From contig WRAW01000003.1 of the NCBI GenBank assembly GCA_009780015.1, positions 1 to 60,998 of the forward strand: a DNA stretch of 60,998 nt. The letters run 5' to 3'. The translations under genes and the position numbers were made by a program. The stretch comes from Defluviitaleaceae bacterium (GTDB taxonomy: Bacteria; Bacillota; Clostridia; Lachnospirales; WRAA01). The notes below the pieces were generated by a model, which did no database searches, was not told the DNA's origin, and was given only the letters and a program-made list of their open reading frames with translations. Of this stretch, positions 25,787 through 36,515 are shown piece by piece. How positions within the stretch are numbered: the first letter of the stretch is position 1; each line of letters starts with the position of its first letter.

Positions 25787-26725
25787 ATGGTTAATTTGCT
25801 GGAAATGCGCGACCGTGTGCTGACGATTCCGGCGTTTGAAAAAAGAGCGGTCTTTGTAGGCAAGGAAATTCAGGAGGCGGAAGACGACGTAGCCGCGCTG
25901 CTCAGCAAGTACGAGAAGGAAAGCCGCGGTGTGGAGCGGCTGCAGAGGGATTCGCTTTCGTCCTTCCTGTTGCAGTTGGCCGGCAGATACGACGACAAGC
26001 TGGAAAAGAGACAGCGCGAGGAAATATACGCCAAGCTGGAGTATGACATGGCTGTTACGCATCTTGGCAATCTCATGCGGGAAAGAGACGGGCTTGCCGC
26101 CGAAATTTTGGCATTGCAAGCCGACGAGCGCGTTTACCTGCATGAGCTGAAAAACAGGCGGCTTGAGCTCGGATCCAAATTGATGGAGCCGGACGGCATA
26201 CGCTACGCCGAGCTGGAACAAAAACGAAGCGTCATCATAGCGAATATAACGGAGACAAAACACGCGCTGCGTGCTGCCGCCGCCGTCAAAGCGACTGCGG
26301 GGGAAGTGTTGAGCTCCCTTGAAAACGCAGAGGGATGGGCTACGTTTGAAGTCATTCTTGGCGGCGGGCTTATCTCGCATCTCTCGAAATATTCGCATAT
26401 AGACGAAGCCGAACGCAGCTTCCACACCCTGTCGTCCCAGTTACGCGAACTGAGACTGGAGCTTGGCGACGTGCACGGGCTCGCCATTCCCGGACTTACC
26501 GAAATATCATCATCTCAGCGCGCTATCGACTTTTGGTTTGACAACATCTTTACCAATTGGTCGGTGCGAAGCCAGATCAAGGACAATGTCGAGCAAATTC
26601 ACCAGCTGCAAGCCCAGATCGATAGTATCGAATCCGCTTTGAGGGCGGCGCTGAACTCAGAAGAAGCGGAACTCGCGGCGAACAAACGTCGTGAGGAAGA
26701 ACTTCTGTTAACCATATCTCACTAG
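25787..26725 (+). CDS. hypothetical coiled-coil protein
   Basis: 312 aa, heptad-rich and charged (E/R/L/K/Q). It starts 4 nt after the aminopeptidase stop. I recognise no family. Confidence 0.55.
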   Translation: MVNLLEMRDRVLTIPAFEKRAVFVGKEIQEAEDDVAALLSKYEKESRGVERLQRDSLSSFLLQLAGRYDDKLEKRQREEIYAKLEYDMAVTHLGNLMRERDGLAAEILALQADERVYLHELKNRRLELGSKLMEPDGIRYAELEQKRSVIIANITETKHALRAAAAVKATAGEVLSSLENAEGWATFEVILGGGLISHLSKYSHIDEAERSFHTLSSQLRELRLELGDVHGLAIPGLTEISSSQRAIDFWFDNIFTNWSVRSQIKDNVEQIHQLQAQIDSIESALRAALNSEEAELAANKRREEELLLTISH

Positions 26726-26730
26726 ATGCT

Positions 26731-26760
26731 AAAGGGGCTGTTGCAATGAACAGCCCCTTT
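26731..26760. terminator. bidirectional terminator between convergent genes
   Basis: AAAGGGGCTGTT, a GCAATG loop, then AACAGCCCCTTT. A perfect 12-bp stem with A/T-rich flanks on both sides. Confidence 0.75.
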
Positions 26761-26777
26761 ACTATTGTATGAAATAG

Positions 26778-28097
26778 CTAGACGTCCAGCTTTCCCCATT
26801 CCTTCAGGTATTGTTCCTTGGTCATAAGCGGGGTAAACTGTTCCTTTACATGCAAGGCGGACGACGCGCCGTCGTACAGCAGGTCGATTACGGTCATTGC
26901 GAGGCACTTGGCCGAAGCGATGTAGGCGATGTCCTTGTCGGATATCTCGACGTCGTTGCCGTGGAGCGTTCCCGACATTCCTGAAAAACCGCCGTGCAGC
27001 ATAGGCATCAAGTAAGATAAGTCTCCGGCGTCGGTCGATCCGGCCATTGGGCCGGCGCTGTACATCACGTTGTCTTCGCCCAGTATTTCGACCTGGTTTG
27101 CGTAGAGCAAATCCATCAACGGTTCACATGGGATCATTGGGAGGTAGCCGGGGAAGGTCTGGATATCGCAAGCGGCTCCGACGGCGTCGGCCCCGGCCTT
27201 GAATGCGCGGTCTACCTTGAACTCCGCGTCCAGTATGGCATCTATGTTGTTGCCGCGTATGTATGTCTCGATGCGCACGTCGTCGGGAATGACGTTTACC
27301 AGGTCGCCGCCCTTTGTGATGATGGGGTGTACGCGTATGCAGTCCTTGTCGCGGAATGTCTCGCGCTGGCAGGATACGGCCATTAGCCCGATGTTGGCGG
27401 CGTTAAGCGCGTTGACGCCGAGGTGGGGGGAGCCTCCGGCGTGCGCGGCCTTTCCGATATAGCGCACAAGCTTGCCCACGAAGCCGTTGGAGCCGTATCC
27501 GGCGCACGCGATCTTGCCTTCGACGCGGCCGCTGTCGTTGTGCTCCATTATTACCATGTCTACGGCGTCCAGTTCGCCAAGGTATACAAGCTCCTGCTTT
27601 CCGCCGAGGAACTTGATCTTTCCCTCGTCAATCAACTGCTTGCGGTATTCGATCTCGACATATTCTTCGGCCGGGACTGCGATAAGTTCCACGTCGCCGT
27701 CGAGGTGCTTCATAACGTCGGTTCCGGCCAGAGCATAGGCAACGCCGGCCAGAGCCGCTATCATGCAGTTGTGGCCGCAGGCGTGGGCGGCGCCGGTCGC
27801 CGGGTCGGAGCAGCGGTGGGTTGTGGACACAACGGCGTCAAGTTCGCCCATGACGGCGATCTTAGCCTTTGACGAAGCCCCCTTGAGCGAACCGATGACC
27901 CCGGTCAGAGCGACCTTGTCACGAACGGGTATACCAAGCCCCTCAAAGACAGCCTTCACCTTGTCGGCGGTCTTAAACTCCTTGTACCCAAGCTCCGGCT
28001 CCTCGAAAATAGAGTCGCCAATCGCGATTATTTTGCCGCGATGTTCGTCAATAGCCTTGATTGCAATTTCCTTGAGTTGCTGCTTAGAAAGCTGCAT
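26778..28097 (-). CDS. M20-family amidohydrolase (AbgB/aminoacylase-like)
   Basis: 439 aa. ...FEEPELGYKEFKTA... and the HACGHN metal motif. Confidence 0.85.
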   Translation of the reverse strand: MQLSKQQLKEIAIKAIDEHRGKIIAIGDSIFEEPELGYKEFKTADKVKAVFEGLGIPVRDKVALTGVIGSLKGASSKAKIAVMGELDAVVSTTHRCSDPATGAAHACGHNCMIAALAGVAYALAGTDVMKHLDGDVELIAVPAEEYVEIEYRKQLIDEGKIKFLGGKQELVYLGELDAVDMVIMEHNDSGRVEGKIACAGYGSNGFVGKLVRYIGKAAHAGGSPHLGVNALNAANIGLMAVSCQRETFRDKDCIRVHPIITKGGDLVNVIPDDVRIETYIRGNNIDAILDAEFKVDRAFKAGADAVGAACDIQTFPGYLPMIPCEPLMDLLYANQVEILGEDNVMYSAGPMAGSTDAGDLSYLMPMLHGGFSGMSGTLHGNDVEISDKDIAYIASAKCLAMTVIDLLYDGASSALHVKEQFTPLMTKEQYLKEWGKLDV

Positions 28098-28121
28098 ACC
28101 GGTTAAAACCCCTTTCGTGTA

Positions 28122-28727
28122 CTATGATATCGCCCAGAGATACAGCGACGCAACGCTGCCGTAGGGAGAGTAACGCTTTGCGTAGCGCAGGAAGCGATCC
28201 TTGGGAAGGTCGTCCAGTCCGTATAAATTCATCATGCCCCGGCGTATGGCCAGGTCGCCGTAGCTTACCACGTTTGGCCGTTCCAGCGAAAAGATCAGCA
28301 TCATTTCGGCCGTCCAAACGCCGACGCCCTTTATGGCGGTAAGCGTGCGAATCACTTCCGCGTCGCTCATTTGCGCCAAAGCGTCAAAGTCGACAGTTTT
28401 GTTTGTCGCGGCCTCAGCAATGTTCTTGATGTACTCGGCTTTGCGCATGGACATCCCGCAGCTTTGAATTTCTTCGCGCGTAAGGGCGCATAACTTTTTT
28501 GGAATTACTTCACAGCGCTCGCGCAGCCTGGCGCACACCGTATCCGCCGCCTTGGAGGATATTTGCTGGCCGATCACGCTGTCTACCAGCGCCGTGAAAA
28601 CATCCGGCTGAACCTCGCGCCGTATCAGACCCAGCCAGTCTATCACGGCTCCGAGCTTCTTGTCCTTCCCGCGCAAGTATTCCATCTCTTTCTGTCCATA
28701 CTCGAAGTAGCGTTTTTCCGTATTCAT
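28122..28727 (-). CDS. DNA-3-methyladenine glycosylase II (AlkA-like, HhH-GPD)
   Basis: 201 aa. HhH-GPD hallmark IKGVGVWTAEMMLIF plus ...YGDLAIRRG. GAGGTGA RBS. Confidence 0.85.
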   Translation of the reverse strand: MNTEKRYFEYGQKEMEYLRGKDKKLGAVIDWLGLIRREVQPDVFTALVDSVIGQQISSKAADTVCARLRERCEVIPKKLCALTREEIQSCGMSMRKAEYIKNIAEAATNKTVDFDALAQMSDAEVIRTLTAIKGVGVWTAEMMLIFSLERPNVVSYGDLAIRRGMMNLYGLDDLPKDRFLRYAKRYSPYGSVASLYLWAIS

Positions 28728-28790
28728 GCGCTTGTTATCACCTCATTGTATCATTGTACAATGCTGCGCGCTCTATTGTCAAAGAAATAG

Positions 28791-29207
28791 TTAGAAGCGC
28801 AAGTCATATTTTACGCTGTTTGCCCTTTTGAATCCTACGCTTTCATAGAGCTTATGCGCCGGATACGCGTCGTCCAGGCAGGTTAAGGAGATTGAGCCAT
28901 AGCCTTCCGCCTTCGCGTTTTCAATTATGTGTTCCATCAACTCTTTCGCTATGTTCTTATTGCGATGTTTAGGCTTTACCGCGACATTAAATATCATTAC
29001 ACAAGGCTGAAAGCCGAACGTAAACAATTCAACGGCATACTGCGTGGCGCTTCCTATAATTTCTTCCCCATCCTTAACGACAAATATTGTGTATGCTTGA
29101 TTTTCCCGATATTTCTTGTATTGATCCAAGTCATTGCTTGAGCCGAAGCACTCGTCGATTAATGCTTTGTACGATACTAAATCTTCATACTTCAATATTT
29201 CAACCAT
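28791..29207 (-). CDS. GNAT-family N-acetyltransferase
   Basis: 138 aa. Acetyl-CoA-binding-like segment VAVKPKHRNKNIAKELMEH and a typical C-terminal beta-bulge region. Confidence 0.75.
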   Translation of the reverse strand: MVEILKYEDLVSYKALIDECFGSSNDLDQYKKYRENQAYTIFVVKDGEEIIGSATQYAVELFTFGFQPCVMIFNVAVKPKHRNKNIAKELMEHIIENAKAEGYGSISLTCLDDAYPAHKLYESVGFKRANSVKYDLRF

Positions 29208-29319
29208 TATGATTTCACCCTTCCGTGAAAATTAATAACTTATAAGGCTGCCAAATGTAATTGAGCTTCCGCTTGCAAAGCATAGGCCTGTATAGTACAC
29301 TTAGCAAGAGGTGTTTGAA

Positions 29320-29610
29320 ATGTGGCGTCAAGTTCTGGATGCAGCAGGTTGGGGAGTTGTTACCGCATGGTGCATCATGGTGATATTGGCGATGGCGGGC
29401 AACCGCTATGTTGTAGATATACGCGATTTTGTGCCGCTGGATGAGTTGGTGGGCATAATGCTGACTGACAGTCCCCTTAACTTAGGAGATTCAGGCAGAA
29501 TTTATGTCTCTGTGGCTAGTGGGTTGGAAAAAGATGCGTTTGAAGGCATGGACTTATGGGCAGTATTCTGGTTGGCAGATCGTATGAAAGCGGCAACATT
29601 ATCAGCATGA
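29320..29610 (+). CDS. hypothetical small membrane-anchored protein
   Basis: ATG at 29320, 9 nt after AAGAGG. One N-terminal TM segment (GWGVVTAWCIMVILAMAG). The stop overlaps the next start (ATGA). Confidence 0.4.
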   Translation: MWRQVLDAAGWGVVTAWCIMVILAMAGNRYVVDIRDFVPLDELVGIMLTDSPLNLGDSGRIYVSVASGLEKDAFEGMDLWAVFWLADRMKAATLSA

Positions 29611-29906
29611 CACATTCAGGTAGGCTTCTTGTTCCGCAGCATAGGGAGTTGACTCTTTACTCCAAGCAAATTTTTCAGGATTCGGATGGAAGAGTATATG
29701 TTATCCATGGAGCTACAATTGACTTGACTACGCATGTAGTAATGTCCCGGATGTACTGGAGCGGCCGTCTAGTGGAAATAGAGTTGTCCGTCGATTCTGA
29801 GTATATCCAGGAGTCGGTGGAAACAAGTTCTGGGACATTAACTTTTGACATGCGCAGCATAATTTTTACAGCACATATGGAAATAATACCGAATAGCGAC
29901 GATTGA
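29607..29906 (+). CDS. hypothetical small soluble protein
   Basis: The ATG at 29607 overlaps the previous stop (ATGA coupling). 99 aa, no recognised family. It ends 26 nt before the lipid kinase gene. Confidence 0.4.
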   Translation: MTHSGRLLVPQHRELTLYSKQIFQDSDGRVYVIHGATIDLTTHVVMSRMYWSGRLVEIELSVDSEYIQESVETSSGTLTFDMRSIIFTAHMEIIPNSDD

Positions 29907-29931
29907 TAGCTGTTTGGCGAAAGGGATAAAT

Positions 29932-30864
29932 ATGTACCATATCATCGTAAACCCAGTTGCCGGGCATGGCCATGGCCTTGTGCGTCTGCCGTTTTTGGCA
30001 AGGCTGTTTGAGTCCGGGGGTGTACCATACGAAGTTTTGCAGACCACGGCGCCAATGGACGGCTACGAAAAGGCCAGGAACATATGCGCCGCAGGCAGCG
30101 ACGGCATAATCGGTATCGGCGGCGACGGCACCATCCAGGAGATTGTGGCCGGGATGGAGGCGGCATTTGCGGGGCAAGCCTGCGTAATACCCGTTCCCTT
30201 GGGAATTTTCCCGTGCGGCAGCGGAAACGACTTCGTGCTGACTGTGGAAGGCGGTAAGTCCGCAACCGTCCGCAAGTACGATAAACGAAAGGACGGACAA
30301 GCGGCCCAAGCCGTCTTTGAAGCGGTAATCAACGGGCGTACGCGCTCTGTAGACATAATGAAGGCAGATGGCATGGCCTTCCTGAACATAGGCAATATCG
30401 GGATCGATGCGCGCATCGTGCGCAACGCTCTGGGCTTCAAGAAACGCTTTGGCCGTTACGCATATCTTGCGGCGGCCTATAAAAGCATTGCAAGGCACGA
30501 GAACATACCGCTTACCATAAATATGGGCGATGAAGTTTTAGAGGGCAGCTACACCCTGGCAGCCGTGTGCAACGGGCAGTACTACGGCGGAGGAATGCAT
30601 ATTGCCCCATGCGCACGGCTTGACGACGGACTGATAACCGTATGCTTGGCAGAAGCCATGAGCCGCCTGGAAGCTATGGCGATTTTCCCACTCCTGCTTC
30701 TTAAACTGCACACATATCTGAGGAAGGTGCGCTTCGTGCAATGTGAAACCCTCACCGTCACGATGCCGCGTGCCGAAACACTTTGTCTGGACGGCAACCT
30801 GTACGAAAAGTCCGGCAGCATAACATTCGAGGTGCTGCCGAAAGCGCTTCGCATATTCGTGTAG
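29932..30864 (+). CDS. diacylglycerol kinase-family lipid kinase (YegS/BmrU-like)
   Basis: MYHIIVNPVAGHG... and the IGIGGDGTIQE (GGDGT) motif. ATG 5 nt after AAAGGGA. The track ORF starts at TTG 29914. Confidence 0.85.
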   Translation: MYHIIVNPVAGHGHGLVRLPFLARLFESGGVPYEVLQTTAPMDGYEKARNICAAGSDGIIGIGGDGTIQEIVAGMEAAFAGQACVIPVPLGIFPCGSGNDFVLTVEGGKSATVRKYDKRKDGQAAQAVFEAVINGRTRSVDIMKADGMAFLNIGNIGIDARIVRNALGFKKRFGRYAYLAAAYKSIARHENIPLTINMGDEVLEGSYTLAAVCNGQYYGGGMHIAPCARLDDGLITVCLAEAMSRLEAMAIFPLLLLKLHTYLRKVRFVQCETLTVTMPRAETLCLDGNLYEKSGSITFEVLPKALRIFV

Positions 30865-30904
30865 ATATGTCGGCGCACTGTAATTTCGTGTCAAATTCAG
30901 ATTC

Positions 30905-32758
30905 TTATTTCCTGCTGATCTTAAACTGGTCAACCAGCGACCTCAACACGCCGGCTTGATTGGAAAGGTCTTCGCTGACGGAGGCATTGCTTTTAACCGT
31001 GTTGGAATTGTCGGATGCTCCAAGATATATGGAGTCCATGCCATGCTGGATTCTGCTTATTTCTTCGGCCTGTTCACCGGACATGAGGGCTATGTTTGCC
31101 ATAACGTCCGTTACGTCGAACGTTATTTCGACAATGTTGCTCAACGCCTCTGTTGTTTGTACGGATTTTGCGACGCCCTCGTCTACCCGGCTTAATGATT
31201 TCGCAATCATTTCAGACGCGTCTTTTGCGGCTGTAGCGCTTCGTCCGGCTAAGTTGCGCACTTCATCCGCCACAACGGAAAAGCCCTTGCCGTGTTCCCC
31301 GGCTCTGGCGGCTTCCACGGAAGCGTTTAACGCCAGGAGATTTGTCTGGAAGGCTATGCCTTCTATGATGCTTGCGACTTTTACTATTTCCGCCGAGGAT
31401 TGCTTTATTTCTTCCATGACGTCGGACATATCCTTCATATGCCGGGTTCCGATGTTTGCTGCTTCCTGAACCTTAGTGGAAAGCCCGTTGGCAGACCTTG
31501 CGTCTTCGGCATTTTTCTGAGTCTTCTTCGTTAAGGCTTCAATCGCTCCCCTTACTCCTCTCATGGCTGTGGATTGTTCTTCAAAGCTGATCCTCAATTC
31601 ATTGGTGAACTGAGAAATTTTTTCAGCGTCCGACTCCAGCCGCATACTTTCCTCTTGGATGTTTTGCACAAGCTTGCTTACAGAGGCGACCATGGTTTGA
31701 ATAGATTCCTTGATGGGCGCGAAGTCGCCTAAGTATTCCTTTGTCATAGCAACGTCAAAGTCGTTATTCGCCATTCTTTGCAGCACCGCGACAATATCCT
31801 CTACATATGACTTCGTAGCGCCTACGGAGAAGGCCACCATGTCTCTAATCTGGGTAAAGCTGTCATAGGATGAGCGAGTGTCCTCGTCGTAAGCGGCCGG
31901 GGAGTAATCAAATCGTAATCCCCCCATACGCCTGTTTTCCAGGGCTTTGATGACAGATTTAGCCTCGTTGCTTTGATATCCGATAATTTTGTTAGTCACT
32001 TCTTTATAGTGGAGACTCTCAGTTATGTCAAGCGTTATATTTCCGTACGCCACAATTTCATGTTCAGAAAATATCGGCCAAACAAAATTTTCCTCAATTA
32101 TCAAACCTTGGCCAGTGAGAGTTTCAGTACGCATGAGAACCGGTTTTTTGATAGCCTGGATATCTTTAAAACATTCCTTGTACTTGTCATGCAATCCTTG
32201 AGAGTACATTTCAGCCATAGTCTTGCCTACATCTTGTTGAGTGTAACCATAGCTCAATATTGTCGGGTTGATATGCACGCACCGTATGTCCCGATCCAAT
32301 ACCTGCATGGGATGAGGCATATTGTCGTAACACATATGCATAGCTTCGGCCAGCTCGTTTGCGGCTATTATGGCTTTGTCAAAATCGCCGCCGTATTTCA
32401 ATTTTCCTCGAGCGGAAAGATGGCCCAGTACAACTTGACGACTCACATGACGTACCTCGTTCAAGGTATCGTTTACGGCTGACTGTAGTCCGGCAAGACC
32501 GGCTCTCATTAAGAAAAGGTCGCCTGACGTATTGGGCAGATTGATGTTTAAGCTGCCGCTTGATAAATCGTTAGCGGCTTGGCTTAATTGACGGATGGTT
32601 CTTCGCAGAGCGAAAGCGTATAAAATACCTGTTCCGGCCACAATCATGCTCATCGCAGTAAGGATTACATTGCTCCATAAAAGGGTAAGTATATTCAAGA
32701 CCATAAGTGCGGCCATTGACACGATTATAATCGATATCGCGTTAATACCATTTTTCAT
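30905..32758 (-). CDS. methyl-accepting chemotaxis protein with TM hairpin, HAMP and cytoplasmic PAS-like sensor
   Basis: 617 aa. Signalling-domain hairpin tip [30 protein letters not shown]. Two adjacent N-terminal TM segments with no periplasmic domain. Confidence 0.9.
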   Translation of the reverse strand: MKNGINAISIIIVSMAALMVLNILTLLWSNVILTAMSMIVAGTGILYAFALRRTIRQLSQAANDLSSGSLNINLPNTSGDLFLMRAGLAGLQSAVNDTLNEVRHVSRQVVLGHLSARGKLKYGGDFDKAIIAANELAEAMHMCYDNMPHPMQVLDRDIRCVHINPTILSYGYTQQDVGKTMAEMYSQGLHDKYKECFKDIQAIKKPVLMRTETLTGQGLIIEENFVWPIFSEHEIVAYGNITLDITESLHYKEVTNKIIGYQSNEAKSVIKALENRRMGGLRFDYSPAAYDEDTRSSYDSFTQIRDMVAFSVGATKSYVEDIVAVLQRMANNDFDVAMTKEYLGDFAPIKESIQTMVASVSKLVQNIQEESMRLESDAEKISQFTNELRISFEEQSTAMRGVRGAIEALTKKTQKNAEDARSANGLSTKVQEAANIGTRHMKDMSDVMEEIKQSSAEIVKVASIIEGIAFQTNLLALNASVEAARAGEHGKGFSVVADEVRNLAGRSATAAKDASEMIAKSLSRVDEGVAKSVQTTEALSNIVEITFDVTDVMANIALMSGEQAEEISRIQHGMDSIYLGASDNSNTVKSNASVSEDLSNQAGVLRSLVDQFKISRK

Positions 32759-33020
32759 TAAAGGAACACCCCGCGTTTATAATTTTTAATGTGTCAACTT
32801 TATCACATACCATACAGTAAATCAACGAGAAAATTACACGGATAAATTGCCGTAAATATTTGATTCCTGTCAACAAGCACAATTAGTTGTAAAAGGCGAG
32901 GAGACTTTGCGGCAAACTGCGGACGAAAGCCGGGAACAGCCGCGTATTGCAACAAATTTTTCGTGATGCGTTGGCGTAGAATATAGGTTATCAAATCCTA
33001 TATTTGCCAAAGGTGATAAC

Positions 33021-35357
33021 ATGGAAAGAGTCGCGCACAAATCCGCCGGAAAGCTTGGAATTACACTCACGAAGAAGGACACCGCGCTGCTGCTGGTTGC
33101 GGTGATGGGTTTTTTTGTTGGGCGCTTCGTTGTCTTTGACATAATCAATCCTGTTGCGGTAGGGTTTGTGGCCAACTTTATGGGTGGAGGCGCGATATTT
33201 GTAGTTGTTGCGCTGCTGTCGGGAGTGGGCGCCGCGACCTTGGTAACCGGCAGTTTCATGTTAAAGTATATACTGGCGCTTTCCCTGCTTGTTGCGTGCC
33301 ACGCGTATTTCAGCAAGAGGAAGCTTGTTCCTAACATATATGTCAAGTCGGTGGTCGCTGCCGGTTGTTCGCTTGCCGGCGGGCTGCTGCTGGCGGCGCT
33401 TGAGGGTATGAGCGCCTTCTTCGCGCTGCTGGCCGTGCTGGAGTCTTCGATGACGCTGTTTGTAACGTACATATTGCAAAAGGGCGTGGGCGTGGTAACG
33501 GGCAAGAAACGCCGCAAGATACTGAGCGGCGAGGAAATAGCAAGCGTCGCGGTGCTGTTCGGCGCGGTCGTCGTGGGCATGGTTGATATATATGTCGGGA
33601 ATGTTGCGCTGCGGCTGTTTATGTCGACATTCGTAATACTTACGGCGGCTTACAAGGGAGGCGTGCAGCTTGGAGCCACGGCGGGCATGGTGCTTGGGCT
33701 GACGCTGTTTCTTGCAAATTTCCAGGACGCCACGCTGGCGCTTGTCATGAGCTTTGGCGGACTGGCGGCAGGGCTGCTGCGCGATAAAGGCAAGCTCTTT
33801 TCCCTGCTGGGAATGGTTGCGGGCGGTCTTGTGGTCATAGTGTATGTTGACGCGGCGTACCTGACGCCTACTTTATTGTATTCGGTGGGAAGCGGTGCGC
33901 TGCTGTTTCTTATGACGCCTGAGAGCTTCTATTTCAACCTGCACTCGTCGATAAACCCGGTTGTGGACAACTCGGAGGAATATATACGCCGGGTGCGCGG
34001 CATTGCTACGGAACGGCTCAACGCTTTTTCAGACGCCTTCGCAAAGCTTGCGCGCTCCTTCTCGAAGCTTTCGGAGAAGCGCGCGGCTCTTGGACACAGG
34101 GACATATCTACCCTAATAGACGACATATCGGCAAAGTCGTGCGAGTCGTGCTCTATGCGCCAATATTGCTGGCAGACCAACTTCTACGAGACGTATCAGA
34201 CAATATTTGGGATACTGGGTGCGTGTGAAAAAAAGGGCAGAATAGAGATTGATGATCTCCCCGTCAATTTCAGGAAAACATGCATAAACTTACAACACTT
34301 CATTGATACAAGCAACCGCCTGTTCGAGCTGTACAAGCTCAACCTGACATGGAAGAACAAAGTGATAGACTCGCGTGAACTTGTGTCGCAGCAGCTTGGC
34401 GGAGTGTCCCTGCTGATAAAAAGGCTTTCCCGTGACCTGGGGCTTGAGATGAACTTCCGCGAAGACTTGGAAGAAGCCGTAATCCGAGAACTTGGATATT
34501 CCCGGATCGAACCTGAACGCGTAGTCGTGATCGAGAACAAGCTTGGCAAGTTCGAGGTTAACGTGACGCATCGGCCGTGCCACGGCAAGAAACTTTGCCG
34601 CAAGGAGATAGCGCCGATTGTGAGCCGCGTGCTGGGACGTAAGCTTGTCAACCCCCAGGGCGAATGTATTACCGAGAAGGGACTGTGCAGCCTGTCTCTG
34701 CGCGAGGAACAAAGGTTTCGGATGGCTACGGGCGTCTCGAGGCTTGCCAAGTCCGGCAGCAAGGAGTCCGGCGACAGCTACAGCTTCATCAACCTGCGGG
34801 GAGCGCAGGCTCTGCTGGCTCTTTCCGACGGGATGGGCTCCGGCAAGCAGGCTCACGCTGAAAGCGCCGCGGCTGTAGAGCTGTTGGAAGATTTGATCGA
34901 GTCGGGCTTCGAGAAGGATATGGCTCTGCGCATGATAAACTCTGTGCTGGTACTCAAGTCCAGCGAGGAATCATTCAGCACTCTGGACATATGCTCATTG
35001 GATCTTTATACGGGAGAGGCCGAATTCTGCAAGATCGGCGCGGCTACGACGTACCTGCTGCGCGGCGGAAGCGTTTCGACAATACGTTCTACTTCACTGC
35101 CCATCGGAATCCTGAACAATGTGGAGCCGGAGACCCACGTGCGTCAGCTAAAATCCGGCGACGTGATAGTAATGGTCACGGACGGTGTGTGTGAATCCGA
35201 AGCATCGGTGGGATGGATAGCCGAGATACTGGCGTCCCTGTCAAGCCGCAGCCCCCAGGACATAGCCGACATCGTCATCAACGAAGCCGCCCGCCGTGCA
35301 GGGGACGTCATACGCGACGATATGACCGTACTATCTGCGCGGGTATGGGAGAAATAA
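33021..35357 (+). CDS. spoIIE: stage II sporulation protein E (PP2C phosphatase with polytopic membrane domain)
   Basis: 778 aa. About 10 N-terminal TM segments. C-terminal PP2C motifs (GDSYSF, ALSDGMGSG, VMVTDGV). Confidence 0.9.
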   Translation: MERVAHKSAGKLGITLTKKDTALLLVAVMGFFVGRFVVFDIINPVAVGFVANFMGGGAIFVVVALLSGVGAATLVTGSFMLKYILALSLLVACHAYFSKRKLVPNIYVKSVVAAGCSLAGGLLLAALEGMSAFFALLAVLESSMTLFVTYILQKGVGVVTGKKRRKILSGEEIASVAVLFGAVVVGMVDIYVGNVALRLFMSTFVILTAAYKGGVQLGATAGMVLGLTLFLANFQDATLALVMSFGGLAAGLLRDKGKLFSLLGMVAGGLVVIVYVDAAYLTPTLLYSVGSGALLFLMTPESFYFNLHSSINPVVDNSEEYIRRVRGIATERLNAFSDAFAKLARSFSKLSEKRAALGHRDISTLIDDISAKSCESCSMRQYCWQTNFYETYQTIFGILGACEKKGRIEIDDLPVNFRKTCINLQHFIDTSNRLFELYKLNLTWKNKVIDSRELVSQQLGGVSLLIKRLSRDLGLEMNFREDLEEAVIRELGYSRIEPERVVVIENKLGKFEVNVTHRPCHGKKLCRKEIAPIVSRVLGRKLVNPQGECITEKGLCSLSLREEQRFRMATGVSRLAKSGSKESGDSYSFINLRGAQALLALSDGMGSGKQAHAESAAAVELLEDLIESGFEKDMALRMINSVLVLKSSEESFSTLDICSLDLYTGEAEFCKIGAATTYLLRGGSVSTIRSTSLPIGILNNVEPETHVRQLKSGDVIVMVTDGVCESEASVGWIAEILASLSSRSPQDIADIVINEAARRAGDVIRDDMTVLSARVWEK

Positions 35358-35372
35358 GACTTGTAATCAAAT

Positions 35373-35404
35373 AGCCGTAGCTCTCGGATATGAGAGCTGC
35401 GGCT
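35373..35404 (+). terminator. terminator-like hairpin after spoIIE
   Basis: AGCCGTAGCTCTC / AGAGCTGCGGCT stem, with a T-rich stretch (TTTGTTTTGTTT) a few nt downstream. Confidence 0.55.
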
Positions 35405-35447
35405 GTACGGATTAGCTTTGTTTTGTTTACTACGGCGACATGGAGCA

Positions 35448-35518
35448 TTAGGGCGTGTTCCCACTACCAAAATCGCACTCGCAAAGATGTGCATTTTGTG
35501 TAGTGGGAACACGCCCTA
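35448..35518. repeat. family C element, copy C2 ('empty' 71-bp hairpin)
   Basis: TTAGGGCGTGTTCCCACTA, inner hairpin CAAAATCGCAC...GTGCATTTTG, then TAGTGGGAACACGCCCTA. It has the same termini as C1. Confidence 0.85.
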
Positions 35519-36376
35519 CATCATGTCACTGTAAGTTTCGATCACAACCTGACCCTCGAACACATACACAGTTTGCCCAAGTACCTCGCGGAAAAAGTCA
35601 ATAGGGACAAAGGTTGTGCCCTCCATAATAACCGGCGCGGTTGAAAGCTCTATCGGGGCCATTCTGCCGCGGTGCGCTTCAGTACTGCCGATCCAGATGT
35701 GTGTTGCGACGCCAAGCTGAATACTTTGCGAATCTTCATTCCACCTTACGTCGTAATCTAAAGCTTCCGCAACCGCTCTAAGAGGAATCATTATAAGACC
35801 TTGTTTCGTGCTGTGCAGAACCGCGGCCGGAGCGTCCTCGATGATCTCATTGTTGACCACTATTTCGCCGTTCAGAAAAATCGGCGTAAATCCAGCAGGC
35901 TCTAACGCTGAACTGGCAGACTCCGAATAGTCCAGCCCATCCCATTCAATCGGCTCAGGCAGCGGCAGCGCAATGCTTTCAAACAGGATTTCGACGCTTA
36001 TAGGAGACGTATTCCGCGGAAGGGTGTCGGTTGAAACCCCGAAAAGAACGCGGAGGTTCCTGCCTTCCAAAACTTCCGCAAGAGTACGCCCAAACAATAT
36101 TTCGCGCGCCATCCGCGTTACGCCTGTGCCGTAGTCGTCCAATGGAACGTAATCCTCGAAGTAAACGATTGTGCCATCGTGAATGTGAATAAGCAGTACG
36201 CCGTCTTCGCTTACCATTGCGAATCCGTCGCCCGGCGACTCCATATCCGAAAGAAAGAACCTCGCGGTCATGCTGTTTGCGTTTTCAGGAACATAATAGT
36301 CCAGCGCGAACACTCCAACCGTACCGAACGTTATAATAGCCGATATTAATAAAGCTATAAGAGTTTTTCTTTTCAT
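35516..36376 (-). CDS. secreted copper-amine-oxidase N-terminal (stalk) domain protein
   Basis: I moved the start to ATG 36376 (MKRKTLIALLISAIITFGTVGVFA signal or anchor, GAAGGAG 5 nt upstream). The C-terminal IPLRAVAEALDYDVRWNEDSQSIQL...TFVPIDFF is typical of the stalk domain. The track ORF extends to 36670. Confidence 0.7.
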   Translation of the reverse strand: MKRKTLIALLISAIITFGTVGVFALDYYVPENANSMTARFFLSDMESPGDGFAMVSEDGVLLIHIHDGTIVYFEDYVPLDDYGTGVTRMAREILFGRTLAEVLEGRNLRVLFGVSTDTLPRNTSPISVEILFESIALPLPEPIEWDGLDYSESASSALEPAGFTPIFLNGEIVVNNEIIEDAPAAVLHSTKQGLIMIPLRAVAEALDYDVRWNEDSQSIQLGVATHIWIGSTEAHRGRMAPIELSTAPVIMEGTTFVPIDFFREVLGQTVYVFEGQVVIETYSDMM

Positions 36377-36515
36377 GTTTGCTCCTTCTTTCTCGTAAAT
36401 TTGTTGTTTACTAGTAAAACGGATCAAGGATAAAAAAGTTCCAGCCTTCTGTAAAACTTTCTTTTTAGAATGCCGTATATTTACATAAGAAGAATAATGC
36501 AAAGGGGAAGTTAAC

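Noticed and set aside
25250-26425. 391-aa minus-strand ORF spanning the aminopeptidase / coiled-coil gene junction.
   Set aside because: It is antisense to two well-signalled plus-strand genes, shows no family resemblance and has no RBS.
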